Assembly: GCA_051276935.1 (NCBI GenBank)
Contig: JBNMPQ010000001.1
Span: 1 to 47,404, forward strand
DNA: 47,404 nt
Direction of reading: 5' to 3'
DNA from: Oleispira sp.
GTDB lineage: Bacteria > Pseudomonadota > Gammaproteobacteria > Pseudomonadales > Oceanobacteraceae
The position numbers and the translations under genes were made by a program. Shown in pieces: positions 10,573 to 20,893 of the stretch. The notes under the pieces are model-generated. The model was given only the letters and a program-made list of their open reading frames with translations, was not told the origin of the DNA and did no database searches. Positions within the stretch are counted from its first letter, which is position 1. Each line of letters starts with the position of its first letter.

Positions 10573-11451
10573 TTGAAAAAGGATCAGGCTATTAAATCCC
10601 CTGTTGAAATAACCCCATTACACGCTTCTCGTTTGGTCGGCATTCTTTGTTTGTCTTTTGCTCTCATGTGGTTTGATAACCATAGTCAGCTTTTTAAGCC
10701 TGTCCGCTATGCGCTGGGTTATGTTCTTTATCCCCTTCACCAAATTTCTTCTGCGCCTTCCGTACTTGCGGGTTGGTTTGGTGATTCTGCAAGAAGTCGA
10801 CAACAGCTTGAGCTTGATAACGCAGAACTGTCAGCACGTAATCTTATTCTGGGCCAAAAAATTCAACGTCTTATTTCGCTAGAAACAGAAAATATTGAAC
10901 TTCGAGAGTTGTTGGGTACTTCTGATCGTATCAGTGAGAGCGTTATTGTGGCTGAATTAGTGGCGGTTGACCCCGATCCTTTCAGTCAGCAAATAGTTAT
11001 CAATAAAGGCATTGAGGATAATGTTTTTATTGGACAGCCCGTATTGGACAGCCATGGCCTTATGGGACAAGTGGTTGATGTTTTACCTCACAGCAGTCGT
11101 GTTCTATTAATTGCTGATTCAAATCATGCAATTCCTGTGCAAGTGAATCGTAATGGTGTACGCGCTATTGCTGTGGGTTCAGGTCAGCTCGGTGAACTTA
11201 ATTTAATCTATGTTCCTGATACTGCGGATATTGAAATTGGTGATTCGTTAGTAAGTTCCGGTTTAGGTAATCGTTATCCAAGGGGTTACCCCGTTGCTAA
11301 AGTCAACAAAATAGAACACTTTCCTGGTAAAGCTTTTGCGGTGGTTACCGCGACACCGAGTGCGCAATTAGATCGAAGTCGTCATATGTTATTGGTGTTC
11401 AGCGAGACTGTTAATAATGTGCCTCCTAGAACATTATGGGAGCAAAAATAA
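10573..11451 (+). CDS. mreC: Rod shape-determining protein MreC (start uncertain: TTG 10573 or ATT 10591)
   Basis: N-terminal TM, coiled coil LETENIELRELL, DPDPF, GLMGQV, SSGLGNRYPRGYPV. Confidence 0.96.
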   Translation: MKKDQAIKSPVEITPLHASRLVGILCLSFALMWFDNHSQLFKPVRYALGYVLYPLHQISSAPSVLAGWFGDSARSRQQLELDNAELSARNLILGQKIQRLISLETENIELRELLGTSDRISESVIVAELVAVDPDPFSQQIVINKGIEDNVFIGQPVLDSHGLMGQVVDVLPHSSRVLLIADSNHAIPVQVNRNGVRAIAVGSGQLGELNLIYVPDTADIEIGDSLVSSGLGNRYPRGYPVAKVNKIEHFPGKAFAVVTATPSAQLDRSRHMLLVFSETVNNVPPRTLWEQK

Positions 11452-11924
11452 TGTCTGCTAGAGCGTATTTGTTTTTGATATTCACTCTGGGTGGTGGATT
11501 TATTCTGCAGTATTTTCCGTTGGCCGATTTTATGGATTGGTTTGTACCTGAGTGGGTACTCATGATCTTTATTTTTTGGCAACTGCAAGCGCCAAAGTTG
11601 ATAACTTTCTGGTGGGTGTGGCCGATAGGGTTATTACTTGATGTTCAGCAAGGAATTCAGTTAGGCAGTTCTGTCGTCGGTTTCGCGATTGTTTTGTATG
11701 TGCTTCAGCTGATGTATCAGCGCTTAAGAGTTTTTAATGTTGCCCAACAAGCGGGCGTTATCTTCTTATTGTTGTGTTGTTACCAGCTCGTCGTTTACTG
11801 GGCAATGGTTGCAACCGGTGACATGCATAAACCTTTAGCTTTGTGGTTACCCGCCTTAGTAAGTGCACTGGTGTGGCCTTGGTTATACCTGCTGCTATCA
11901 AGCACTTATCAAAAGTTGAGATGA
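11451..11924 (+). CDS. mreD: Rod shape-determining protein MreD
   Basis: Hydrophobic, PEW, IGLLLDV, QQA, LVWPW; TAATG coupling with mreC. Confidence 0.92.
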   Translation: MSARAYLFLIFTLGGGFILQYFPLADFMDWFVPEWVLMIFIFWQLQAPKLITFWWVWPIGLLLDVQQGIQLGSSVVGFAIVLYVLQLMYQRLRVFNVAQQAGVIFLLLCCYQLVVYWAMVATGDMHKPLALWLPALVSALVWPWLYLLLSSTYQKLR

Positions 11925-11928
11925 TGCT

Positions 11929-12522
11929 GTGTCGCAATTTTTAGTATTAGCGTCTACATCACCTAGACGCAAAGAGTTATTAGAACAAATTGGTGTGGTT
12001 TTTACTCAATTGAGTATTAACATTACTGAAGATGTCGCTGAGGGAGAGAATCCCGAGCAGTATGTTTTACGCTTAGCAAAAGAAAAAGCAATCGCAGGTT
12101 TCAATCTGTTATCCGTCACAGAAAAAGACAACTGTGTTGTCCTAGCCGCTGATACAACCGTGGTATGCAATGGTCAAATATTGGCTAAACCTGAATCATT
12201 GAGTCATTCAAAAGAAATTTTAGCCCAACTTTCTGGTTGTGAGCATCTAGTCATGAGTGCCGTTGGTCTTCACAGTAAGGATAAAACCGTACAAAAAGTT
12301 GTCACAACTAGGGTGATGTTTCGGAATATATCCGATGCTGAGATTGAAGCTTATTGGCATAGCGGTGAGCCCCAGGATAAAGCCGGTAGTTATGGCATCC
12401 AAGGGCTTGGAGCTGTTTTTGTCGAATCTATTACGGGCAGTTATAGCAATGTTGTCGGCCTACCCCTGTGCGAAACAGCGCAGTTACTCAACCAATTCAA
12501 TATAGCATTTTGGCAATTATGA
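11929..12522 (+). CDS. maf: Maf family nucleoside triphosphate pyrophosphatase (YhdE type)
   Basis: LASTSPRRKELL, ADTTV, DKAGSYGIQG, GSYSNVVGLPL; GTG start. Confidence 0.96.
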   Translation: MSQFLVLASTSPRRKELLEQIGVVFTQLSINITEDVAEGENPEQYVLRLAKEKAIAGFNLLSVTEKDNCVVLAADTTVVCNGQILAKPESLSHSKEILAQLSGCEHLVMSAVGLHSKDKTVQKVVTTRVMFRNISDAEIEAYWHSGEPQDKAGSYGIQGLGAVFVESITGSYSNVVGLPLCETAQLLNQFNIAFWQL

Positions 12523-13970
12523 AAGCAGAGATATTAATAAACGTTACTCCAACAGAAACCCGCGTCACGGTGGTTGAAAATGGAGTGCTGCAAGAGGTGT
12601 TTATCGAACGCGAACATCTACGGGGTTTGGTGGGTAACGTTTATAAAGGAAAAGTAGTCAGAGTACTGCCAGGAATGCAGGCGGCTTTCGTTGATATCGG
12701 GTTGGAGCGTGCAGGTTTTATTCATGCATCTGATATTATTGGGGGTGATTCTCAAACGCCAATAATGAGCCTATTACACGAGGGGCAGAAGTTAGTCGTA
12801 CAAGTGACTAAAGATCCTATATCGACGAAAGGTGCGCGTTTAACAAATCAACTTGCAATTCCATCGCGATACTTGGTATACATGCCCGATACCGATCATG
12901 TTGGGGTTTCGCAACGTATTGACGGTACTGAAGAGCGTGATCGTTTACGTGCATTGGTTGCAGACAGTATGAAGAATGAAACGCTTACAGGCAAAGGTGG
13001 TTTCATTGTTCGAACTGCAGCAGAAGGTGCTGGCGAGGAAGAAATTAATGCCGATACACGCTATTTAAAACGCCTATGGGTCACGTTAGGTGAACGTTTA
13101 AAGGGCGCGAAGGCGCCCAGCTTAGTCTACGATGAATTACCGTTGTTTTTACGCACGATGCGTGACTATGCACGCCCCGATATTACGCGCGTATTGATCG
13201 ATTCAAAAGAAACGTATCAGCGGGTGGAAAAGTTTGTAGAGCAGTTCGTGCCAGAAATCTTACCGCAATTAGAATACTACCCAGGTCCGCGTCCAATTCT
13301 TGACCTTTATGGTGTAGAAGATGAAATGCAGAGAGCCTTAGAGCGCAAAGTGCCTTTAAAGTCTGGTGGCTATTTAGTGATTGATCAAACTGAAGCGATG
13401 ACCACGGTCGATGTCAATACGGGTGCGTTTGTTGGCCGACGTAACCTTGAAGAAACTATTTTCAAAACCAACTTAGAGGCCGCTACTGCTATCGGTCGTC
13501 AGTTAAGATTGCGTAATCTTGGCGGTATTATCATTCTCGATTTTATTGACATGATGGATGTTGAGCACCAGCGTCAAGTGCATAGAATGCTTGAAAAAGT
13601 ATTAGAGAAAGATCATGCAAAAACAAAAATTAGTGGGGTGTCAGACCTTGGCTTAGTCGAAATGACGCGTAAGAGAACACGAGAAAGCTTGGGCCAAATG
13701 CTGACAGAAGCCTGCGCTTGCTGCGATGGTCGCGGCACCGTAAAAACCGCGGAAACAATTTGTTATGACATCTTCCGTGAAATATTACGTGAAGAGCGTG
13801 CTTACGATGCGAGTCGATATCTTGTTTTAGCCTCTGCAGCGGTGATTGACCGATTACTAGATGAAGACTCTAGCAGCTTGGCAGACTTGGAAGCCTTTAT
13901 GGGTAAAATAATTAAACTGCAGGTTGAGCCGAATTATACTCAGGATCAGTATGACATCGTCTTGCCTTAA
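12519..13970 (+). CDS. rng: Ribonuclease G
   Basis: GNVYKGKVVRVLPGMQAAFVDIG, DVNTG, LRLRNLGGIIILDFIDM; ATG at 12519 overlaps the end of maf. Confidence 0.98.
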   Translation: MKAEILINVTPTETRVTVVENGVLQEVFIEREHLRGLVGNVYKGKVVRVLPGMQAAFVDIGLERAGFIHASDIIGGDSQTPIMSLLHEGQKLVVQVTKDPISTKGARLTNQLAIPSRYLVYMPDTDHVGVSQRIDGTEERDRLRALVADSMKNETLTGKGGFIVRTAAEGAGEEEINADTRYLKRLWVTLGERLKGAKAPSLVYDELPLFLRTMRDYARPDITRVLIDSKETYQRVEKFVEQFVPEILPQLEYYPGPRPILDLYGVEDEMQRALERKVPLKSGGYLVIDQTEAMTTVDVNTGAFVGRRNLEETIFKTNLEAATAIGRQLRLRNLGGIIILDFIDMMDVEHQRQVHRMLEKVLEKDHAKTKISGVSDLGLVEMTRKRTRESLGQMLTEACACCDGRGTVKTAETICYDIFREILREERAYDASRYLVLASAAVIDRLLDEDSSSLADLEAFMGKIIKLQVEPNYTQDQYDIVLP

Positions 13971-13985
13971 CGACTGCGGTTTATC

Positions 13986-16900
13986 ATGAAGCATTGGTTG
14001 AGAGCGATCTGGACTCAGCTTTGGCTAACCGGTGTTGTCTGTTTAGTACTGTTGGCGTTGTATACGAGCTTAGGTCGACAGCTGATTCCATTAGTTGAAA
14101 CCTTAGAAGTAGATATAGAAAAAGTACTCTCTGAGCAACTCGGTGTCGCCGTAGATATTGAGTCACTTTCAGGGGATTGGGTGTGGTTTTCTCCGCGTAT
14201 ACAAGTCAATAATCTTCAGCTGGGCGATCTTCAGCAGGGTCTAAAGATACAGCGCTTAGAAGCTAAGTTGGATGTGAGTGCCAGTCTTTTTTATCGCGTA
14301 CCGGTATTCGATCAAATTGATTTATACGGCGCGCAGTTGCCCTTCTCTCAAGACAGTCAAGGCAATTGGTATCTGAGTCAATTTTTATTAACTTCAAACG
14401 ATCAGGGCCAAACAGTGCAAGACTTTTGGTCAGGAGATAAACCACTTTGGTTAGATCTCCTAGGGCAGCAGGGAGAAATCCATCTCTATAACTGGCAAGT
14501 TTCTATTCAGGGAAATAATCAGGCTGTAAAAGATATAAACATTTTAGATCTTCGGTTGCGTAATAAGGGTCTGCAGCATTATTTAGAGGGAGAAGTTCAA
14601 TTAGGTAAAAGCGCTACGCGATTAAAAACACAGTTTGAAGTTGAAGGCGATTTATGGGATTTCAGCGACCATAAAGGAAAAGGGTATCTACAGCTTGCGA
14701 CTCAATCATGGCAGTCATGGATTCCTGATTATAGTTCTGCTTGGCATTTTGAAAAACTGACAGCGGGTGCACGGTTATGGATTGAAGTCGAAAATGGTCG
14801 CATCGATAATCTAGATGGTTATATCGACTTACCTGAGTTTTCCTTATTAAAATTCAATGATGAAGAATCTTCTCAAGACGCTAGCGTCAGAGATATTAGT
14901 TTTCGTGATGGCCGTATTACCTTAGCGGGGCGACGCAGTGGCGATGATTGGCATCTTTGGTTTGATACTGATGTTGATTGGTTGTCAGATACTGTTCCGC
15001 CAAAACCCCATGGGCGAATTAGTTGGTTACCTAGTATTGAGGGAGGCGTTCAGTTAGCACTTAACGAAATTGATTTAGCGCAAACGGCTTTTTGGTTGGA
15101 AGACTTTCAGTTTCTGGAAGAAAAATACCTAAAATATATTACGAACTTGCAACCGACAGGGTTGGTGAAACAAGTCAAAATTAATATGATTCCAGAGCAA
15201 GAGTGGCGGTGGGGTGTTAGCCTGGATCTATCCAATGCAAGTATTCAGGGCTGGAAAGGGATTCCCGCGGTCGAAGGATTAACAGCAACGTTAGATTTTG
15301 ATAATGCAAAAGGTCTGCTACAAACTAAAGGTATTGATACTGTACTGCACTTTCCTGAGCTCTATGATAATGGCTGGCCGTTAAAGGATGTTAAAACGGA
15401 CATTTTTTGGCAGATTAGCCCAGAGTATTTAAGATTGGTATCCCCCAGTCTGCGTGCAAATTATCAACAAACCCATTTAAACGGTAGCTTTTCGCTGTAC
15501 ACGCCGCTGAAAGAAAACCTGGTAGAGCCGCAGTTAAATTTATTGCTCGGCATTCAAAATTTAAAGTTGGTCGATCAAAAAATCTTTGTTCCTAAAGACG
15601 CTGCGGTAGGCGTATCTAATTGGTTAACTGACAACATAAAAGCGGGTCAAGCAACCCAAGCAAGTTTTTTATTTTCCAGCAGCTTAGCATCTGAATTAAC
15701 GGAAAATAGCCAAACCATTCAGCTTTATGCTGACATCTTAGACGCAGACTTAACTTATTTGCCAGACTGGCCTGAGGTTTCTCAAATAAAAGCCAGCTTA
15801 ATGGTTGATGTCCCTAATGTTGATGTGTGGATGCATAGAGGAGTAACACTAGGTGGTAAGTTACTTCCCAGTAGTACTCAAATTAAAGTGCGTCGTGATA
15901 ATGACAATAATACTTGGATGACGTTGCGTGGCAAGCTGACAGGGGATGCTAATGAAGGGATTAAGTATTTTTCTCAAACACCCTTACAGCAACAAGTGAG
16001 TGGCGTATTTGATCAGTGGCAAGTACAAGGGGAAATGGAACATGAATTATACGCCCAGGTTCCGTTATCAGAAGGCAATGAAAAGCACGCGTTGAATATT
16101 CGCCTGAATAGCCAGCTGGATAATGTCGACGTTAAGATAGCAGACTTAGGATTAGCCTTTGATAACATCACTGGCATGATCGAATTTGATTCTGATTTAG
16201 GGCTAACGGCTGACGCATTACAAGCGCAGGCATTTGCAGGGTCCACGACGGTGAATATCTCTTCCACAAAAGAAGACTCCGGATTTGATATTCGTGTTAA
16301 TGCCGATGGCAACGCTAAAGCAGAAGCGATAAAAGAATGGCTTCCACTCTTCATACTTAAGCCTATTAGCGGTGATTTAAACTATGCATTAGATTTTCAA
16401 ATTCGTCCTATTGAACGGGGCGGTTTGTTATTAAACATCGCCAGTGATTTACGGGGTATTAATATTGATGCGCCTCTACCGTTTGCCAAAAAAGGCGAAC
16501 AGGTATTACCTTTTAGTATGTCCGTTAAAAAAGTTCGAGATTTGCGTATAGGTTTCCGTTATGGCGAGTTGGCTAATGGTGTTGTCGCTTTAGAAGAAGG
16601 AGATCTGACACGGGGACAGATCTATTTAGGAACAACGCAAACCTACCTACCCAGTGACAGTGGGCTAAGCATCAGAGGAAATATTCCGTACGAAGTGGAT
16701 GCAAAAGCTTGGTGGGATTTTTGGAATCTAATTAAACCAGACGTTAACAGTACCGTTAATAAAGACCAGAGAGATGCGATTTTAACGCACATTGATTTAT
16801 CGGTAATGGAAGTAAATGCTTGGCAACAAATGATGGGGCCAACTCACATTACTGGTGATTACAAGTGGAACCAATGGGATTTCAATTTAGACAGTGAACT

Positions 16901-17957
16901 TTTAAAAGGTAAAATTAATGTACCGGATGACCTAGTCGATAATGAGATTGTAATGGATTTAGAGTACATCCACATGCCGATTACTGGCTACGACCCGAAT
17001 GATGAAATAAAGTTTGGCGCTGCAGAGGCTATTGATCCATTACAAAATTTTGATCCGTTATTAATCCCTAGTATCGACATGAAAGTAGCTGAGGTCTTTT
17101 TAGGGGCTAGTAACTTTGGACGGTGGGACATGACTCTGCGTCAAGAAGAAGGATTGACTAGAATTCATGTTAAAGATTCATTGACGAAACACCTCACGAT
17201 TAAAGGTGATATTGACTGGCGTAAAGATGCGCAAGGCCACAGTACTCATTTAAATCTATTACGCATACAAAGTGAAAGCCTGGGTGATAGCCAGCGAGCT
17301 TTTCGTAAAGTATCATCCATTGAAGCCAAAGAGACTAAGGTCGATGTTGATTTAACATGGCAAGGTTCTCCTGCAGGTTTTAGATATAATACGTTAAATG
17401 GTTTGGCCAAGGTAAGTATTAAAAAGGGATTATTAATTAATGATAATGCCGGTGCTTTAAAGGCATTTGGGGTATTGAACTTCAACTCCATTAGCCGTCG
17501 TTTGCAACTCGACTTTTCTGACTTATATGAGTCCGGTGTTGTATTTGATATTTTAAGAACCCGCTTGTCTTTTAAAAATGGTGTCGCAACGTTTGTCGAT
17601 CCGTTATTGATCAATGGCCCTTCCGCTAAATTTCAGTCCAGTGGAACCATTAACTTTAATACCAACGAAATAAATCAAAAGCTTGTGGTTACATTCCCGA
17701 TCACGAGTAGTTTGCCTTTAGTGGCCGTACTAGCAGGTTTTGCTCCACAAATAGCGGGTGCTATTTATGTCACTGAAAAATTGATTGGAGAAGAGTTGGA
17801 ACAGTTTACCAGCGCCAGTTATACCGTCAGTGGCACGATCGAAGACCCTAAAATGAAAATCGATCAAGCGTTTGATAATACTCTAGAAGGCAAAGAAAGC
17901 CGCAGCTTTAAGGATCGATTATTAGATATTTTTGGTCTAGGAAGTGAGGACGACTAG
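13986..17957 (+). CDS. yhdP: YhdP (AsmA-like, TIGR02099-type) phospholipid bridge protein
   Basis: 1323 aa, N-terminal TM with LYTSLGRQLIP, C-terminal SISRRLQLDFSDL; conserved position after rng. Confidence 0.92.
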   Translation: MKHWLRAIWTQLWLTGVVCLVLLALYTSLGRQLIPLVETLEVDIEKVLSEQLGVAVDIESLSGDWVWFSPRIQVNNLQLGDLQQGLKIQRLEAKLDVSASLFYRVPVFDQIDLYGAQLPFSQDSQGNWYLSQFLLTSNDQGQTVQDFWSGDKPLWLDLLGQQGEIHLYNWQVSIQGNNQAVKDINILDLRLRNKGLQHYLEGEVQLGKSATRLKTQFEVEGDLWDFSDHKGKGYLQLATQSWQSWIPDYSSAWHFEKLTAGARLWIEVENGRIDNLDGYIDLPEFSLLKFNDEESSQDASVRDISFRDGRITLAGRRSGDDWHLWFDTDVDWLSDTVPPKPHGRISWLPSIEGGVQLALNEIDLAQTAFWLEDFQFLEEKYLKYITNLQPTGLVKQVKINMIPEQEWRWGVSLDLSNASIQGWKGIPAVEGLTATLDFDNAKGLLQTKGIDTVLHFPELYDNGWPLKDVKTDIFWQISPEYLRLVSPSLRANYQQTHLNGSFSLYTPLKENLVEPQLNLLLGIQNLKLVDQKIFVPKDAAVGVSNWLTDNIKAGQATQASFLFSSSLASELTENSQTIQLYADILDADLTYLPDWPEVSQIKASLMVDVPNVDVWMHRGVTLGGKLLPSSTQIKVRRDNDNNTWMTLRGKLTGDANEGIKYFSQTPLQQQVSGVFDQWQVQGEMEHELYAQVPLSEGNEKHALNIRLNSQLDNVDVKIADLGLAFDNITGMIEFDSDLGLTADALQAQAFAGSTTVNISSTKEDSGFDIRVNADGNAKAEAIKEWLPLFILKPISGDLNYALDFQIRPIERGGLLLNIASDLRGINIDAPLPFAKKGEQVLPFSMSVKKVRDLRIGFRYGELANGVVALEEGDLTRGQIYLGTTQTYLPSDSGLSIRGNIPYEVDAKAWWDFWNLIKPDVNSTVNKDQRDAILTHIDLSVMEVNAWQQMMGPTHITGDYKWNQWDFNLDSELLKGKINVPDDLVDNEIVMDLEYIHMPITGYDPNDEIKFGAAEAIDPLQNFDPLLIPSIDMKVAEVFLGASNFGRWDMTLRQEEGLTRIHVKDSLTKHLTIKGDIDWRKDAQGHSTHLNLLRIQSESLGDSQRAFRKVSSIEAKETKVDVDLTWQGSPAGFRYNTLNGLAKVSIKKGLLINDNAGALKAFGVLNFNSISRRLQLDFSDLYESGVVFDILRTRLSFKNGVATFVDPLLINGPSAKFQSSGTINFNTNEINQKLVVTFPITSSLPLVAVLAGFAPQIAGAIYVTEKLIGEELEQFTSASYTVSGTIEDPKMKIDQAFDNTLEGKESRSFKDRLLDIFGLGSEDD

Positions 17958-17958
17958 T

Positions 17959-18798
17959 ATGAAAAAAAATGAATCACAGTATTTGCCAGCAAAATTAGCC
18001 GCCGTGCAAATAACGACGGGTCCAGACGTCGAAAAAAACTTACTCTTAGCGGAGCAGCAAATAAAAAAAGCGGCGCAGCAAGGTGCCAATATTATTGCTT
18101 TGCCCGAAGTCTTCGCTTGCTACGATAGTCAAAAGTATTTGGCGTTAGGTCAGCAGGAAATAAGTGAACTGGGTAATTTACGCAGTCGAATGTCGAGCTG
18201 GGCGAAAACCAATAAGGTTTATTTAATTGGCGGTACTGTTCCTGTTTTAGATTTTCAAACGAATAAGGTTTATCCGCGTTGTTATTTTTATAATGATCAA
18301 GGGGAAGAGTTAGGCTATTACGATAAAATTCATTTATTTGATGTGGATATCGATGATGCTCAGGGGCGCTACCGTGAGTCTGATTTGTTTTTATCGGGTA
18401 ATGATATAAAAGTATTTCCAACCCCTTACGGCAATGTGGGATTAACGATTTGTTATGATCTTCGGTTTCCTTATGTGTTTGATCGTTTGCGTAAAGCGGG
18501 GGCTGATATTATTTCTGTGGTGGCTGCATTTACCGAGACTACGGGAAGGGCACATTGGCAGCCATTATTACAAGCCAGAGCTATTGAGCAGCAGTGCTAT
18601 GTTCTAGCGTCTAATCAGTGGGGACAGCATTATGACAAGCGCCGTACGTTTGGCCATTCGATGGTGATATCACCTTGGGGAGAAATTTTGGATCAACTCC
18701 CTACAGGAGAAGGGATAGCAATTGCCAACAGTGACCCCGCAGAAGTTGAACGCATTCGTAGAGAAATGCCGATTGCGAATCATCAGCGCCCGTTGTAA
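17959..18798 (+). CDS. Carbon-nitrogen hydrolase (Nit1/deaminated glutathione amidase-like)
   Basis: E-K-C triad: LPE, YDKIHLFDV, ICYDLRFP; HWQPLLQARAIE, GHSMVISPWG. Confidence 0.93.
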   Translation: MKKNESQYLPAKLAAVQITTGPDVEKNLLLAEQQIKKAAQQGANIIALPEVFACYDSQKYLALGQQEISELGNLRSRMSSWAKTNKVYLIGGTVPVLDFQTNKVYPRCYFYNDQGEELGYYDKIHLFDVDIDDAQGRYRESDLFLSGNDIKVFPTPYGNVGLTICYDLRFPYVFDRLRKAGADIISVVAAFTETTGRAHWQPLLQARAIEQQCYVLASNQWGQHYDKRRTFGHSMVISPWGEILDQLPTGEGIAIANSDPAEVERIRREMPIANHQRPL

Positions 18799-18833
18799 TA
18801 CCGTCGTGTTGATTCGCAATGGAAGAGCGATAA

Positions 18834-19367
18834 TTAATCGTCTTTCTGGTTGTATTGCTCTTTAATCGCTTGGAACAGGTTTTTATAGTTGCTGCCAGGC
18901 TTTGGTTGCTCGCCGCTCATTTCTTTCGCTGCATTACGGATTAAAGTCCGTAAATGTTGTCTGTTTACGCTAGGAAATTGCTCAATAAATTCCACAATCG
19001 CATCTGGATTTTTAACTAAGCGAGTACGCCACTGTTCTTGCTGACCTGTTACTCGGCCATAGGCTTCTGTAGAAGGGTCTAACAAATCTAGGGCTTCTCT
19101 AACCGCTTCAATATCTTCGCTGCGAATGAGTCTGCCAATGTATTGCATATGGCGACGCATGGCTTCATTTTTACCAACACGTTCTGTTTCGCGAACGGCC
19201 GCTTTCATCATTTCAGAGAGAGGAAGTTCCATCGCTTTTTTACGGGGAAGGGCGACAATACGCTCACCCAATTCCTGCAATTCTATCATGTCGCGTTTCA
19301 TTTCTGATTTGCTAACAATCTCGTATTCAATCTCTTCCGCGAACGGATCTTTCTTTTTCTTGGCCAT
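18834..19367 (-). CDS. yjgA: Ribosome biogenesis factor YjgA/DarP (DUF615)
   Basis: VSKSEMKRDM..LQELGE, RRHMQYIGRLIR, WRTRLV, RQHLRTLIRNA. Confidence 0.93.
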   Translation of the reverse strand: MAKKKKDPFAEEIEYEIVSKSEMKRDMIELQELGERIVALPRKKAMELPLSEMMKAAVRETERVGKNEAMRRHMQYIGRLIRSEDIEAVREALDLLDPSTEAYGRVTGQQEQWRTRLVKNPDAIVEFIEQFPSVNRQHLRTLIRNAAKEMSGEQPKPGSNYKNLFQAIKEQYNQKDD

Positions 19368-19381
19368 GATAAAGCTGCCTT

Positions 19382-20737
19382 TTATAAATAAAGTATACTG
19401 GCTAAACCTAAGAAGGAGAAGAAACCTACAACGTCTGTAATCGTTGTAAGTATCACGCCTCCCGCAAGTGCAGGGTCAATGCGCTTGCGTTTCAGTATAA
19501 TAGGCAGTGCCGCTCCGCTAAGAACAGCGACTACCAAGTTAATAATAATAGCAGCGGCAATAATGCCTGCTAATAAGGCGTCGTCAAACCAAAACAATGT
19601 TATGCCGGCAATAACAGCAGCCCATAACAAGCCGTTGAAAAAGCCAACCGCTAATTCTCGATTTAATAGCCAGCCTATATTACTGCTACTGATGTGTCCT
19701 AATGCTTGACCGCGAATAACCAAAGTTAAAACTTGGCTTCCTGCGATGCCACCCATACTTGCAACGATGGGCATAAGTACTGCGAGCGCCACTAGGCGCT
19801 CGATAGTGTCACTGAATAATCCAATGACCGCAGAGGCGATAAAAGCCGTTACAAGGTTGATCCCTAGCCATATAGCACGCCGTCGCCCTGTTTTAAAAGC
19901 GGGAGCAAAAGTATCTTCTTCTTCATCCAAACCCGCCATACTCATCATCGAGTGGTCAGCGGTATCGCGTATTACATCAACCACGTCATCAATGGTGATA
20001 CGACCAATCAGTTTTCCGTGATTATCTATCACGGGCGCTGAAACAAGATCGTGACGCTCAAATATCTTCGCCACATCTTCTTCATCTATCGACGCGTGAA
20101 TGATTTGAGTATCGGTAGTCATCACTTCACGCACGGTTTGATTTAAGTCACTCACCAATAATTTATTAATCGGTAAAATGCCAATAAATTCCTGACTACG
20201 GTTGATGACCAATAAGTTATCAGTCATTTCTGGTAGTGAACGATGACGCCTCAAGTAGCGCAAAACAACGTCTATAGTGACATCCGCACGAACGGTCACG
20301 GTATCGGTATTCATTAAGCCGCCAGCGCTGTCCTCTGGGTAGCAGAGCACAGCTTCTAAGCGGCTTCGATTCTCACTGTTCATTCCCCTAAGAACATCGT
20401 TACTAACGTGTTCGGGCAGTTGTTGTAATAAATCGACTACGTCATCAGTATCAAGCTCTGATGTGAGGTCGACCAGCTGTTCAGCATCCATCTCATTTAA
20501 GAAGTGGGCGCTAATTTCATCGCTGAGGTGCTGAAGGATTTCCCCAGCATTTTCTGTCTCGACCAACTCCCAAAGCATCTTTCTAACTTTGGGTGGTGAG
20601 GATTCAATTAGGTGAGCAACTTCAGCGGGTGCTAAACCGATATTGATTGTGCGCTTAACTTCCTGCAGACCTCCACGTTCAAGCGCGGCATTAATGCTGT
20701 ACAGTTTTGCTTTTGCGCGTTGATTTTGTGGGCCCAT
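19382..20737 (-). CDS. mgtE: Magnesium transporter MgtE
   Basis: YPEDSAGGLM, CBS pair, GRITIDDVVD, MPIVASMGGIAGSQ, IDPALAGGVILTTITDV. Confidence 0.97.
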   Translation of the reverse strand: MGPQNQRAKAKLYSINAALERGGLQEVKRTINIGLAPAEVAHLIESSPPKVRKMLWELVETENAGEILQHLSDEISAHFLNEMDAEQLVDLTSELDTDDVVDLLQQLPEHVSNDVLRGMNSENRSRLEAVLCYPEDSAGGLMNTDTVTVRADVTIDVVLRYLRRHRSLPEMTDNLLVINRSQEFIGILPINKLLVSDLNQTVREVMTTDTQIIHASIDEEDVAKIFERHDLVSAPVIDNHGKLIGRITIDDVVDVIRDTADHSMMSMAGLDEEEDTFAPAFKTGRRRAIWLGINLVTAFIASAVIGLFSDTIERLVALAVLMPIVASMGGIAGSQVLTLVIRGQALGHISSSNIGWLLNRELAVGFFNGLLWAAVIAGITLFWFDDALLAGIIAAAIIINLVVAVLSGAALPIILKRKRIDPALAGGVILTTITDVVGFFSFLGLASILYL

Positions 20738-20893
20738 AGCGCTGCTCTTATTAAATGGGAATAACAGAAGGGTAATGGCCTTATTCTAGCTGGTAAAGCC
20801 TCAGTATGCTATCTGGAGATGTTGGCCGAAGAGAGAATTGTTGTGCTAAGCAGCTGTTTTTTAAGTGATATTCAGTTTTTTTTAAAATACAGG

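Noticed and set aside
13986-17957. Very large 1323-aa ORF that could be taken for a novel giant protein
   Set aside because: Size, termini and position after rng match YhdP
20738-20893. Possible Mg2+ riboswitch or leader peptide upstream of mgtE
   Set aside because: No M-box-like structure or Pro-rich leader ORF is visible; only a -10-like TAGAAT
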